A stretch of 61,006 nt of DNA, filler included. It is 5 parts of 5 records of this genome, joined end to end, with 100 filler letters (N's around TTAATTAATTAA, not from the genome) between each part and the next. Parts side by side here need not be neighbours in the genome. Positions count along the whole stretch, not along the records: positions 42,791 to 55,227 come from SRR20825006_2201; positions 55,328 to 61,006 come from SRR20825006_2222; 3 more parts are not named here. One strand, 5' to 3'. How positions within the stretch are numbered: position 1 is the first letter of the stretch; every line of letters starts with the position of its first letter. The position numbers and the translations under genes are program-made. Positions 50,556 through 59,634 of the stretch are shown here, in pieces. The notes beneath the pieces are model-generated. The model saw only the letters and a list, made by a program, of their open reading frames with translations. It did no database searches and had not been told where the DNA came from.

Positions 50556-52105
50556 AATTTGACGTCGTTACGCCGAGACTTATTCACCTCCCGGAACCAG
50601 CTCTCTCATTCGGTTTCGGTCAATCGACGGACCATCCCAAAGACGGGCTATATCTCTACGGACCCCACAAAGCGGATGATCGCAACAAGGTCATCACCAT
50701 AGGCGTCATCGGCACAACAGAGGGACTGGAATATTTCCGGCGCTGGGGGCGCAGCGTGCTCGGCGATGTGCTCGTGCCGCCCCCAAAAAAGACGGACAAG
50801 GAACATCGTCTCCATCTCAGCAATTTTCCGGGGATGCCTGCGGCCTTTGGTGTTAGCTTCGACCCCCGAGACTTCATTGAATACGTGGTCGACGGCGACA
50901 AGATTGAGACAACCACAGCCCTGCAAAACCACCATGAAGCGGTCGCCCAGACAGTTGAAGTTTTTCTCGAACGCGTTCGCCATCATGACGAAAACGAAGA
51001 AAGACGTCCCGACGTCTGGGCGTTTGTCCTGCCAGAAATTATCTATACGCGTTGCACACGCCAGGCTCGGCGCAGCGGCGTGACTCTATCTCCTGGCGAA
51101 TATGTGAAGCGTCAGAAGCAGCGCAGCAACTTGCCGCTTCTGGAAGATGTAATCGATCTTACGAAAGAAGACATCTTCGATGACGTTCCGGACTTCCATC
51201 GTCAGGCAAAAGCCAAGCTTCTGAAGCTGGGCTACACTTCGCAGCTCGTGCGGGAAACAACGCTTGCGCCGGAAGCATTCACAAATGCCCACGGCTATCC
51301 TATCCGCGGTGTCCAGGATGCAGCCACAATTGCCTGGAATCTGGCTACTGGTCTCTACTACAAAACGCAGGCCGAACCGCCGTGGAAGATCGCTAATATG
51401 CGCGATGGCGTCTGCTATGTTGGGCTCGTCTTCAAGAACCTCCCAAATGACAGGAACAATCATGCATGCTGCGCGGCACAGATGTTTTTGTCAGAAGGCG
51501 ACGGGATCGTCTTCCGTGGAGCAAATGGCCCTTGGCAAACGGAAAACGGCGAGTTCCACTTGAAGAGCACCGCCGCCCGGGATCTCATCGGCAAAGTCCT
51601 TGAGACGTATGAGGAGAAATTCGGCGCACCCCCAAAGGAACTCTTCATCCACGGGCGCGCTGGATTTTCGAGCGAAGAATGGCGCGCCTTTGAGGCAGCC
51701 GCTCCCAAGGAAACGAATATCGTCGGTGTTCGAATTAAGACGACGACCGGCCAGGTGAAGCTGTTCCGGGACGGAAAGTATCCAACCTTGCGCGGCACGG
51801 CCATGATCCTCGATCAGAATAACGCCTTCCTCTGGACATCCGGCTACGCACCGAGATTGGACACATACATTGGTCCAGAAACGCCAAACCCTCTGAACGT
51901 GACTGTACTAAAGTCATCCGGCGAAAGACCGGATATTGAAACGGTGCTGTCCGACATCTTGGCGTTGACGAAAATCAACTACAACGCCTGCAACTACTCG
52001 GACGGCCTGCCCGTCACCATCCGATTCGCGAATAAAGTCGGTGACGTTCTGATTATGGGTAGCGCGAGAGGCGGCGGAAAGCAGCCGTTCAAATTCTATA
52101 TCTGA
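50552..52105 (+). CDS. short prokaryotic Argonaute (MID-PIWI, catalytically inactive)
   Basis: EP.L.FG..Q...HPKDGL.LYGP, SQLVRETTL, AWNL.TGLYYK, CYVGLVFK, FIHGR, LTKINYNAC, PVTIRFA, C-terminal PFKFYI; 517 aa; DEDX aspartates absent. Confidence 0.93.
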   Translation: MKFDVVTPRLIHLPEPALSFGFGQSTDHPKDGLYLYGPHKADDRNKVITIGVIGTTEGLEYFRRWGRSVLGDVLVPPPKKTDKEHRLHLSNFPGMPAAFGVSFDPRDFIEYVVDGDKIETTTALQNHHEAVAQTVEVFLERVRHHDENEERRPDVWAFVLPEIIYTRCTRQARRSGVTLSPGEYVKRQKQRSNLPLLEDVIDLTKEDIFDDVPDFHRQAKAKLLKLGYTSQLVRETTLAPEAFTNAHGYPIRGVQDAATIAWNLATGLYYKTQAEPPWKIANMRDGVCYVGLVFKNLPNDRNNHACCAAQMFLSEGDGIVFRGANGPWQTENGEFHLKSTAARDLIGKVLETYEEKFGAPPKELFIHGRAGFSSEEWRAFEAAAPKETNIVGVRIKTTTGQVKLFRDGKYPTLRGTAMILDQNNAFLWTSGYAPRLDTYIGPETPNPLNVTVLKSSGERPDIETVLSDILALTKINYNACNYSDGLPVTIRFANKVGDVLIMGSARGGGKQPFKFYI

Positions 52106-52117
52106 CGGAGAACATGA

Positions 52118-53635
52118 ATGGTCTATGTAAATGGAACCGCACATATCCGTCACGCTCAGAGCGGTCAGGTCTATGAGATTGATGCCGACATGCTCGACTT
52201 CGAAAGCGTCTCCAGTGAAGAACGCAGCATGGGACCGGAAACAGCCTATTCGGCAGTCGTTGAACATCCGGAGCTTGGGCAGCTCACCTGGTCGATTTGG
52301 GAATATCCAATAGGCGCAGAAAATTATCGCGAGACCGATGTCGGCCCGCATGAATTGCTGAACAACCTTGAGTTTGGACTGGAACACGAACCGCCAGACC
52401 CGGACGAAGACGGCGACGAAAGAATAGACGAAGAAGACCGACAGGCGCAGATAGACGCGCTGGTTGAATGGTTCTTTGAGCGTTATGAAGATCCGGCCCA
52501 GCGGCTACCCTATATCAGCGCCGAAGGCGGCTACCAATGGATTTATGGCGGCCCTTACGATGCACGCGAGGAACTGGCTGAGAACTTCCCAGACTTGCCC
52601 GACGACGTCATCGAAGCTGCTGTCGATGAAATCGAATCTGACGGATTGACGGATTGGGCACCCGTCGCAAGTGCCGAGGACTATGATCAGTATGAGGACA
52701 ACGAGCCGGATGATTTAGAAGTTTCCGCAATCGCGCGCGACCTTGAAGATTTAATTCAAGGCCTTCCAGAGGCCGTTGCTGAGCCAGCGTTTGAGGTCGG
52801 CGGTGATGGCCTGATCCATATGGCGATCCCTCCTGATGCGACGACGCCGGATGCGAACAACCCTTTGCTCGATGAGTTACGTGAGGCAACGCAGGATTTA
52901 CTACACGAACTCAATGGAACGAATGCGCATACGGATCTTCTGAATGCCGTGCAGCGCTATCACGCTACCATCAGCGCTGATTCGATTTCTATTTCGCAGG
53001 TTTATTCTCGCGGCATACGGCTGGCGAACGTCGGTGAGGCAACCGAAAAAGCGATCGCGCGGGACTATCTTCCGTCATTCCCGTTGAGTGTTGAGGCGCA
53101 TCTGTCCTCTGTGCTGGACCTGAACCGCGCTTACATTATGGCCCACCCGGAAGGACGCAGGATCGCCGAGAATTCTGCCGCCTATCAACGGACGCCATCA
53201 GATACAGAAGCAATGCGAAGGGCCGCGGATGATTTTGCCGATGCCGTTGCCAGTGCACGAAGCCTGTTTGCCGATGACGTCCGCGAACTCGTTGTACAGG
53301 CATCGTCGCAGATAGGGCACGGCCCCCAGCCAGGCCGGTCGAATCAGAACGCCGCACACACGTTCGGCAACCTGACTCGGTTCATTCTAAAGCAAGTTGG
53401 GACCGCAGCCTTGTTCACAGGCGCCGCTCTCGGCGGCGCGGCAATCACGGGAAGTATTCCGGGCGGGGCGTTGGCTGCAACCGGAACCGAGTACATCAAT
53501 TTATGTTGGAGCTTTTTGGTCGCAAACGCATCCGCCCTTCACGCGATTGCCGCCTCCTTTGGCGCAGACTTGTCCTGGATGTCGTCTGCTGCGCACATTC
53601 TCGAGCGACACAAAGCGCAAAAGCCTGACTCATGA
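52118..53635 (+). CDS. hypothetical multidomain acidic protein downstream of pAgo
   Basis: 505-aa ORF, GGAG RBS, 12 nt after pAgo stop; motifs WEYPIGA and WFFERYEDPA..PY...EGGYQW..GGPYDA; Gly/Ala-rich hydrophobic C-terminus. Confidence 0.8.
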   Translation: MVYVNGTAHIRHAQSGQVYEIDADMLDFESVSSEERSMGPETAYSAVVEHPELGQLTWSIWEYPIGAENYRETDVGPHELLNNLEFGLEHEPPDPDEDGDERIDEEDRQAQIDALVEWFFERYEDPAQRLPYISAEGGYQWIYGGPYDAREELAENFPDLPDDVIEAAVDEIESDGLTDWAPVASAEDYDQYEDNEPDDLEVSAIARDLEDLIQGLPEAVAEPAFEVGGDGLIHMAIPPDATTPDANNPLLDELREATQDLLHELNGTNAHTDLLNAVQRYHATISADSISISQVYSRGIRLANVGEATEKAIARDYLPSFPLSVEAHLSSVLDLNRAYIMAHPEGRRIAENSAAYQRTPSDTEAMRRAADDFADAVASARSLFADDVRELVVQASSQIGHGPQPGRSNQNAAHTFGNLTRFILKQVGTAALFTGAALGGAAITGSIPGGALAATGTEYINLCWSFLVANASALHAIAASFGADLSWMSSAAHILERHKAQKPDS

Positions 53636-55066
53636 TTTTGCGGAGCCGCCGACTGCCCAGAGTACATTTTCGCGATCAAACAACTCCATCACCCGAGGAT
53701 CAAACGGGTGGATGATCTTGAGCAGTTCGTCACGCCGATACTCAAGCGAGCCACCGTCGCCATAGACGGGTCTTGTCGTCTTGTGGCCCATGAGCAGGCA
53801 TCGCAGGCCGTAGTCGATATTGGCTTCCTGCATGCGTTTCTCGAAGGCGTGGCGGAATGAGTAGATCTTGTGGTCGGGCGACTCCAGCAGGCCGCGATTG
53901 CGGAAGTTCTTCATCATGTTGGCGGAGAAAAGCTCGCCCTTGTCGTAGTAGTGGGCAAAGGCTTTCGGCGCCGCGCGCTTTGCCGCTTCGAGTGCGATGC
54001 CGACCAGCGGAATGTCCCTCTCGGAGGTGTCGGTCTTCACTTCGCGGTCCGTCCGTGCGCGGATGGAGATGTAGGGCACCGGCTCATCAATGTGAAAATC
54101 TTCAACGCGTAGGTTGATGATCTCACTCGGTCGGCATCCTGTCTCGATCAGCATCAGCGTAATGAGCTGCAGTTCCGGCCGCCATTTACGGGTAGCACCC
54201 GGCGCAAGAATCTTCTCCCGCACCCAGTTGGATGAGAATGGCGGCACTTCGGTTCTCGCCTTCGCCTTGAAGTGCATATTGCGGAAGGGGTTCGGACGTT
54301 CCTCTTCGCCAATGTGCTTGAAGTAATCGGCATAGAGCGAACGGATATTGCCGATGTGACGGTTAGCGGTGTTAGGCGCGACCGGCTTTGCGTTCTGATC
54401 CTTGGGTCTGACCTGTTTGGCCCAGTGCTTCTGGTAATTGAGCGCGAGGTCACGGGTGATCTCCTCAAGGGCAATGTCACCGGCAAAGTCGATAAAATAC
54501 TGAACTGAGGTTCGCTTAGTTTTCTCCCACGATGCGCGTTGGTTCGGCGATTTGTACAGCTGCGCGTTGTACGCGATCTCGTTCACATAGACTTCGAAAG
54601 CCTCGGACACGCTGACAGTCGGTTTCGGCGCGCCGCCAAGCAGCGCTTCGGCGTCCCGCACTTTGGGGATTTCGGCGGGCCCTGCGTTCTGATGAACCGC
54701 AAGCAGCCGTGCCAGCGCCTCTTCAAGCGGCGCAACAGTCGCGAGATGGTCGATGGGCTGATAGGTGAAGCCGCTCGCCAGCGCCTTGACGGTCGCCATG
54801 CGATAGCGGCGACGAACGGCCTCCGAAGTTTCCCGACTGGATGAGGGCCCGACCTCTTCGGCGATCTTCAACGATGCCCAGTGATGGTCATCGGCTTCGG
54901 CCAGCAAGTCGCGCTTGTAGCGAGCCTGGTCGATTGAAGTGGTCCCCAGCGATTCCTTGATCCGCTTGCGCGAATCAAGGTGCGCGAACTTACTCGGCAC
55001 ACGGCGGTTATACCACCAGACGCGGCCTCGCTGTTCGAGGTAGGAATTGTCGTCGACGCGCTTCAT
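53630..55066 (-). CDS. tyrosine recombinase/integrase with N-terminal arm-binding (DUF6538-like) domain
   Basis: YL.QRG..WWY.RRVP, TGCRPSEI, VKT, YSFRH, LMGH, YG. Confidence 0.9.
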   Translation of the reverse strand: MKRVDDNSYLEQRGRVWWYNRRVPSKFAHLDSRKRIKESLGTTSIDQARYKRDLLAEADDHHWASLKIAEEVGPSSSRETSEAVRRRYRMATVKALASGFTYQPIDHLATVAPLEEALARLLAVHQNAGPAEIPKVRDAEALLGGAPKPTVSVSEAFEVYVNEIAYNAQLYKSPNQRASWEKTKRTSVQYFIDFAGDIALEEITRDLALNYQKHWAKQVRPKDQNAKPVAPNTANRHIGNIRSLYADYFKHIGEEERPNPFRNMHFKAKARTEVPPFSSNWVREKILAPGATRKWRPELQLITLMLIETGCRPSEIINLRVEDFHIDEPVPYISIRARTDREVKTDTSERDIPLVGIALEAAKRAAPKAFAHYYDKGELFSANMMKNFRNRGLLESPDHKIYSFRHAFEKRMQEANIDYGLRCLLMGHKTTRPVYGDGGSLEYRRDELLKIIHPFDPRVMELFDRENVLWAVGGSAKS

Positions 55067-55077
55067 GACGCCGACCA

Positions 55078-55110
55078 TTGGTCCACAATCTGGTCCCATT
55101 TTGGTCCACA
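55078..55110. repeat. direct repeats, candidate integrase arm-type sites
   Basis: TTGGTCCACA (55078), TGGTCCCA (55091), TTGGTCCACA (55101) between integrase start and tRNA end. Confidence 0.55.
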
Positions 55111-55200
55111 GATTCCGGCCATTTTATGCAAAGCGAAGCAAACGAGATCAAAAATATCGTTTAACTTCAATGCTTTACACGGAAACCATTTCGAGAGAAA

Positions 55201-55227
55201 TGGCGCGAGTGACGGGGCTCGAACCCG
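55201..55227 (-). tRNA. tRNA 3' portion (probably tRNA-Asp) / att site, truncated by linker
   Basis: Reverse complement CGGGTTCGAGCCCCGTCACTCGCGCCA = T-arm + acceptor strand + CCA; anticodon not visible, identity from resemblance to alphaproteobacterial tRNA-Asp. Confidence 0.75.
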
Positions 55228-55327
55228 NNNNNNNNNNNNNNNNNNNNNNNNNNNNNNNNNNNNNNNNNNNNTTAATTAATTAANNNNNNNNNNNNNNNNN
55301 NNNNNNNNNNNNNNNNNNNNNNNNNNN
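55228..55327. other. artificial contig linker
   Basis: N-run, TTAATTAATTAA, N-run. Confidence 0.98.
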
Positions 55328-56460
55328 AGGCGCGACTGGATGTTTTCCTCGGTCAGGCCCGGTTCCATCCCTTCGAACAGCGGAGCCAGCGTGTTGGTGA
55401 TCGCGGCGCGGCCTTCGGCGATGGGGACATAGTCATAGTGACAGCCCAGCGCCTTGGCACAGGCCTCGGCATCCTCGAGGCTTTCGGGGCTGGTGTATTC
55501 CGACGGCAGCATCACGCAGCGCACGTTTTCTGGGCCGATGGCATCGGCGGCAATGGTGGCCACCAGCGCACTGTCGACGCCACCCGACATGCCCAGCAGC
55601 ACTTTCTTGAAGCCCGTCTTGGCCATGTAATCGCGCAGGGCCAGGACCATGACGTGATAATCCTGCTCCCATGCGTCCGGCTGCGGGGCGATATCGCCCT
55701 CGACCACGCGCCAGCCATCGGGGGTGCGTTCCAGATCGACATGGGTGATTGCCTCGGACATCACGGGCATCCGCATCGCCAGCTTGCCACCGGGGTTCAG
55801 CGCAAAGGACGCGCCGTCGAAGACCTGGTCGTCCTGACCGCCCACCATGTTCAGGTAGATCAGCGGCAGGCCGGTTTCGACCACGCGGGCGACCATCTGG
55901 TTCAGCCGCGTTTCCATCTTGTCGCGGTAATAGGGCGATCCGTTCGGCACCAGCAGGAACTCGGCCCCCGTCTCTTGCAGCGTTTCGGCCACGTCCTCGT
56001 GCCATGCGTCTTCGCAGATCGGGCTGCCGACGCGGGCGTTGCCCACGCTGTAGGGGCCGCCCAAGGGCCCCGCATCAAACACCCGCACTTCGTCAAAGAC
56101 GGTCTCATTGGGCAGATGATGCTTCAGCACGCGGCTGACGATGCGCCCACCGCGACAGATCAGATAGGCGTTGAACAGTTCGGTCCCCTCGACCCAGGGG
56201 CAGCCGATGGCCAGCGTCGGCCCGTCGGCACAGTCCACCGCCAGCGCCTTGACCGCCTCGATGGCCGCGGTGTGGAACGCGGGCTTCATCATCAGGTCCT
56301 GCGCGTTGTAGCCGGTGATGAACAGCTCGGGCAGTGCGACCATATCGGCCTTGGCATCGCGGCCGGCCTCCCATGCGGCGCGGGCCTTGGCGGCATTGCC
56401 GTCGATGTCACCGACAGTGGGGTTCAGCTGCCCCAGGGTGATACGAAAAGTGTCGGCCAT
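55328..56460 (-). CDS. nadE: glutamine-dependent NAD+ synthetase (3' truncated)
   Basis: Nitrilase domain (PELF, K..LPN, ICED) followed by GMSGGVDSA and EENIQSR. Confidence 0.95.
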
Positions 56461-56656
56461 GTCTGCACTCCGAAAATTGCTTGATTGCCCCTATACGGTC
56501 TGGCTGCGCGGCGTGAAAGACCCCAGCCGCCAAATCGCGGCGACCACGCGCTTGTGTTGCCTTATGGGGCGGCAAAGCCATTGCGACCCCCTCGCGGTTT
56601 CTTTACCCTTTGGTAACGATCCACGGGGCCCTCCCCTTCATCGCCAAAGGTGCCAA

Positions 56657-58111
56657 ATGTCCACACGCAGCCTGATTTTTTGCCTCGCCCTGCTTCCTGC
56701 CATCGCCCATGCGCAGGACGGCCAGGTCCTGACCAAGCAATATGACGACGGCGGCATCTATGAAGGGACGTTCAAGAACGGCCTGCAAAACGGCACCGGC
56801 ACCTATCGGCTGCCCAATGGCTATGAATACACCGGCACCTGGGTCGACGGCGAGATCAAGGGCGAAGGCGTGGCGCGGTTTCCCAACGGGTCTGTCTACG
56901 AGGGCAACTTTGAAAAGGGCAAGCCCGACGGATTTGGCAAGATCACCTTTGCCGATGGCGGCACCTATGAAGGCGACTGGGAAACCGGCGCGATCATGGG
57001 TCAGGGCGTGGCGCTGTATGCCAACGGGGTGCGCTATGAGGGCGCGTTCCGCAATGCCAAGCACCACGGCAAGGGCGTCATGCAGAGCCCGGGCGGTTAC
57101 GAATACAAGGGCGACTGGGTGGACGGTGTCAAACAGGGTGTGGGCACGATCACCTATCCCGATGGCGCGGTCTATGACGGCGAGATTGCCAATGGCGAAC
57201 GCGATGGCACCGGCACGCTGACCATGCCCGATGGGCTGGTCTATGAGGGCAAATGGGTGAACGGGCAGATCGACGGCAGCGGCAAGCTGGCCCAGCCCAA
57301 CGGCGACGTCTACGAGGGCGACCTTGTCGCCGGGCGGCGCGAGGGCAAGGGTCGTGTGACCTATGCCAATGGCGATGTCTACGAGGGCGATTTCAAGGAT
57401 GACCGCCGCGACGGCACCGGCACGTTCATCGGCAACGACGGCTATACCTATATCGGCAACTGGGTCGAGGGTCAGATCGAGGGCAAAGGCCGCGTGACCT
57501 ATCCCGACGGGTCCGTCTACGAGGGGGATTTCCGCGATGATCTGGCCGATGGCACGGGCAAGATCACCTATGCGGACGGTGCGACCTATGAGGGTCAGTG
57601 GACCGCGGGCGTGATCGAGGGAGAAGGCAAGGCAACCTATCCCAACGGGGTCGTCTACGAAGGCAGCTTCAAGAACGCCAAGAACGACGGTCAGGGTTTG
57701 ATGACCTATGCCGACGGCTACAAATACGAGGGCGGCTGGCAGGATGGCCAGCGTCAGGGGCCGGGCAAGGCAACCTATCCCGACGGCACGGTCTATGAAG
57801 GCAACTTTGAGGACGGCCAGCGCCACGGCACCGGCAAGATCGTGATGGCGGACGGGTTCATCTACGAAGGCGAATGGGTGCGCGGCGAGATCAGCGGCGC
57901 GGGCACCGCGACATATGTGAACGGCGATGTCTACGAGGGCACCTTCCGCGCGGGCAAACGTCAGGGCAACGGCACCATGCGCTATGCCACCGGAGAAGAA
58001 GCCACCGGCGACTGGGACAACGGCGCGCTGAAAGAGGAAGCGGCAGCAGAGGGCGCGGCCGCACCCCAGCAGGAACCGGCAGCGGAACAGACACCCGGTC
58101 AGGGCGGCTAA
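56657..58111 (+). CDS. secreted MORN-repeat protein
   Basis: Signal peptide followed by many 23-aa YEG.W/F..G...G.G...Y.DG repeats. Confidence 0.92.
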   Translation: MSTRSLIFCLALLPAIAHAQDGQVLTKQYDDGGIYEGTFKNGLQNGTGTYRLPNGYEYTGTWVDGEIKGEGVARFPNGSVYEGNFEKGKPDGFGKITFADGGTYEGDWETGAIMGQGVALYANGVRYEGAFRNAKHHGKGVMQSPGGYEYKGDWVDGVKQGVGTITYPDGAVYDGEIANGERDGTGTLTMPDGLVYEGKWVNGQIDGSGKLAQPNGDVYEGDLVAGRREGKGRVTYANGDVYEGDFKDDRRDGTGTFIGNDGYTYIGNWVEGQIEGKGRVTYPDGSVYEGDFRDDLADGTGKITYADGATYEGQWTAGVIEGEGKATYPNGVVYEGSFKNAKNDGQGLMTYADGYKYEGGWQDGQRQGPGKATYPDGTVYEGNFEDGQRHGTGKIVMADGFIYEGEWVRGEISGAGTATYVNGDVYEGTFRAGKRQGNGTMRYATGEEATGDWDNGALKEEAAAEGAAAPQQEPAAEQTPGQGG

Positions 58112-59634
58112 ACCACCTCGCCCGCGTCCAGCCGCTTGAGGAACCGTTTTGCGTCCGAGAGCACAGCCTTGCGGCGGTCTTCGTCCATCCGGTCCCATGT
58201 GCGGTACATATTGCCCATACGCGGGTTGTTTTCGAACCGTTCGCGGTGGCGCGTCAGGAAATCCCAATACAACAGGTTGAACGGACAGGCCCCCTCGCCC
58301 GTCTTCTTGGTCACCTTGTAGCTGCACTGTTTGCAGTGGTCGGACATGCGGTTGATGTAGGCCCCCGAGGACACATAGGGCTTGGACGCGATCACGCCGC
58401 CATCGGCAAACTGGCTCATGCCGACGGTGTTCGGGGCCTCGACCCATTCGAAGGCATCGGCATAGACCGCCAGATACCAGTCGTGCACCTGTGCCGGATC
58501 GACGCCCGCCAGCAGGGCAAAGTTGCCCGTCACCATCAGCCGTTGGATGTGGTGGGCATAGGCGTGCGTTCTGGTCTGGGCCACCGCTTGACGCAGGCAG
58601 CGCATCTTGGTTTCCGCGCCCCAATAGAGGCCGGGCAAATCCCGGCTGTGGGCCAGCACGTTGCGGTCGGTATAGTCGCGCCCTTCCAGGAAATAGATGC
58701 CGCGCACGTATTCGCGCCAGCCGATGATCTGGCGGATGAACCCTTCGGCGGCGTTGATCGGCACGTCGCCTGCGTCATAGGCATCCTGCACCGCCTGACA
58801 GACCTCGCGCGGCGACAGCAGGCCGATGTTCATGTAAGGCGACAGCACCGCGTGATAGAGGTAGGGCTCCCCGTCCAGCATCGCATCCTGATAGTCGCCA
58901 AAGCACGGCAGGGCGTGTTCGACGAAGTGCGCCAGCGCCTGTCGCGCGCCCGCGCGGTCGGTGGCAAATCCGAAGGGCTCAAGGTCGCCGAAATGGTCGC
59001 CGAATTCAGCTGCCACAAGGTCCAGCACGGCGCGTGTCGTCTGGTCCGGGTCGAAGGTCAGCGGGCCTGTGGTCTGGATGTCGTCGGGGGCGGGCTTGCG
59101 GTTGTCATGGTCAAAATTCCACTGCCCGCCCGCAGGGTCATCGCCGTCCATCAACAGCCCCGTCTTGCGCCGCATCTCGCGGTAGAAATACTCCATCCGC
59201 AGCGCCTTGCGCCCCTCGGCCCAGCCTTCGAACATGGCGTGGCTGGCGATAAAGCGGTCGTCGTCGCAAATCTGGACCTTCAGCGGCGCATAGCGCAGCT
59301 TGTCGATCAGCCGCCATTCGCCCGGCTCGGTGGCGATCACCTCGGACGCGCCCCGTTCCTCGGCACGGCGCAGCAGTTCACCCACGATGCTGCCTGCGTT
59401 GTCGGGATCGTCCAGCGTGGTGTAGTCGACCGTCCAGCCCGCATCGCGCAGCCGTTCGGCGAACTTGCGCATCGCCGCCAGCACCAGCGCGATCTTCTTG
59501 GGGTGGTGGCGGACATAGGTGCCCTCGTCGCGGACCTCGGCCATCACGACCACGTCCTGCGACTTGTCGGCCTTGGCCAGCGCCGCGATGTCCTCGCTGA
59601 GCTGATCGCCCAGGATCAGGACCAGACGGCTCAC
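58108..59634 (-). CDS. FeS-cluster bacterial cryptochrome/(6-4) photolyase (PhrB/CryB family)
   Basis: LVLILGDQL, HHPKK, MEYFYR, WNFD..NRK, HHIQRLM, KPY.SSG.YI..MSDHC..C, CPFN. Confidence 0.92.
   Translation of the reverse strand: MSRLVLILGDQLSEDIAALAKADKSQDVVVMAEVRDEGTYVRHHPKKIALVLAAMRKFAERLRDAGWTVDYTTLDDPDNAGSIVGELLRRAEERGASEVIATEPGEWRLIDKLRYAPLKVQICDDDRFIASHAMFEGWAEGRKALRMEYFYREMRRKTGLLMDGDDPAGGQWNFDHDNRKPAPDDIQTTGPLTFDPDQTTRAVLDLVAAEFGDHFGDLEPFGFATDRAGARQALAHFVEHALPCFGDYQDAMLDGEPYLYHAVLSPYMNIGLLSPREVCQAVQDAYDAGDVPINAAEGFIRQIIGWREYVRGIYFLEGRDYTDRNVLAHSRDLPGLYWGAETKMRCLRQAVAQTRTHAYAHHIQRLMVTGNFALLAGVDPAQVHDWYLAVYADAFEWVEAPNTVGMSQFADGGVIASKPYVSSGAYINRMSDHCKQCSYKVTKKTGEGACPFNLLYWDFLTRHRERFENNPRMGNMYRTWDRMDEDRRKAVLSDAKRFLKRLDAGEVV

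Larger units (their letters stand above)
42791..55227. mobile_element. integrative conjugative element (P-type trb T4SS), integrase end at tRNA
   Basis: trbL-F-G-I, DUF2274, DUF736, cargo, tyrosine integrase, tRNA 3' end. Confidence 0.85.

Noticed and set aside
49134-56460. nadE next to NAD-depleting SPARTA/RES as an NAD-restoring partner
   Set aside because: Separated by the artificial linker at 55228-55327; different contig
56740-58020. Periodic ~69-nt DNA repeats as a possible CRISPR array or tandem repeat
   Set aside because: Degenerate coding MORN repeats; no identical repeats with unique spacers and no cas genes
28520-59634. Functional link between riboflavin catabolism and the lumazine-binding photolyase
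   Set aside because: Different contigs with different composition
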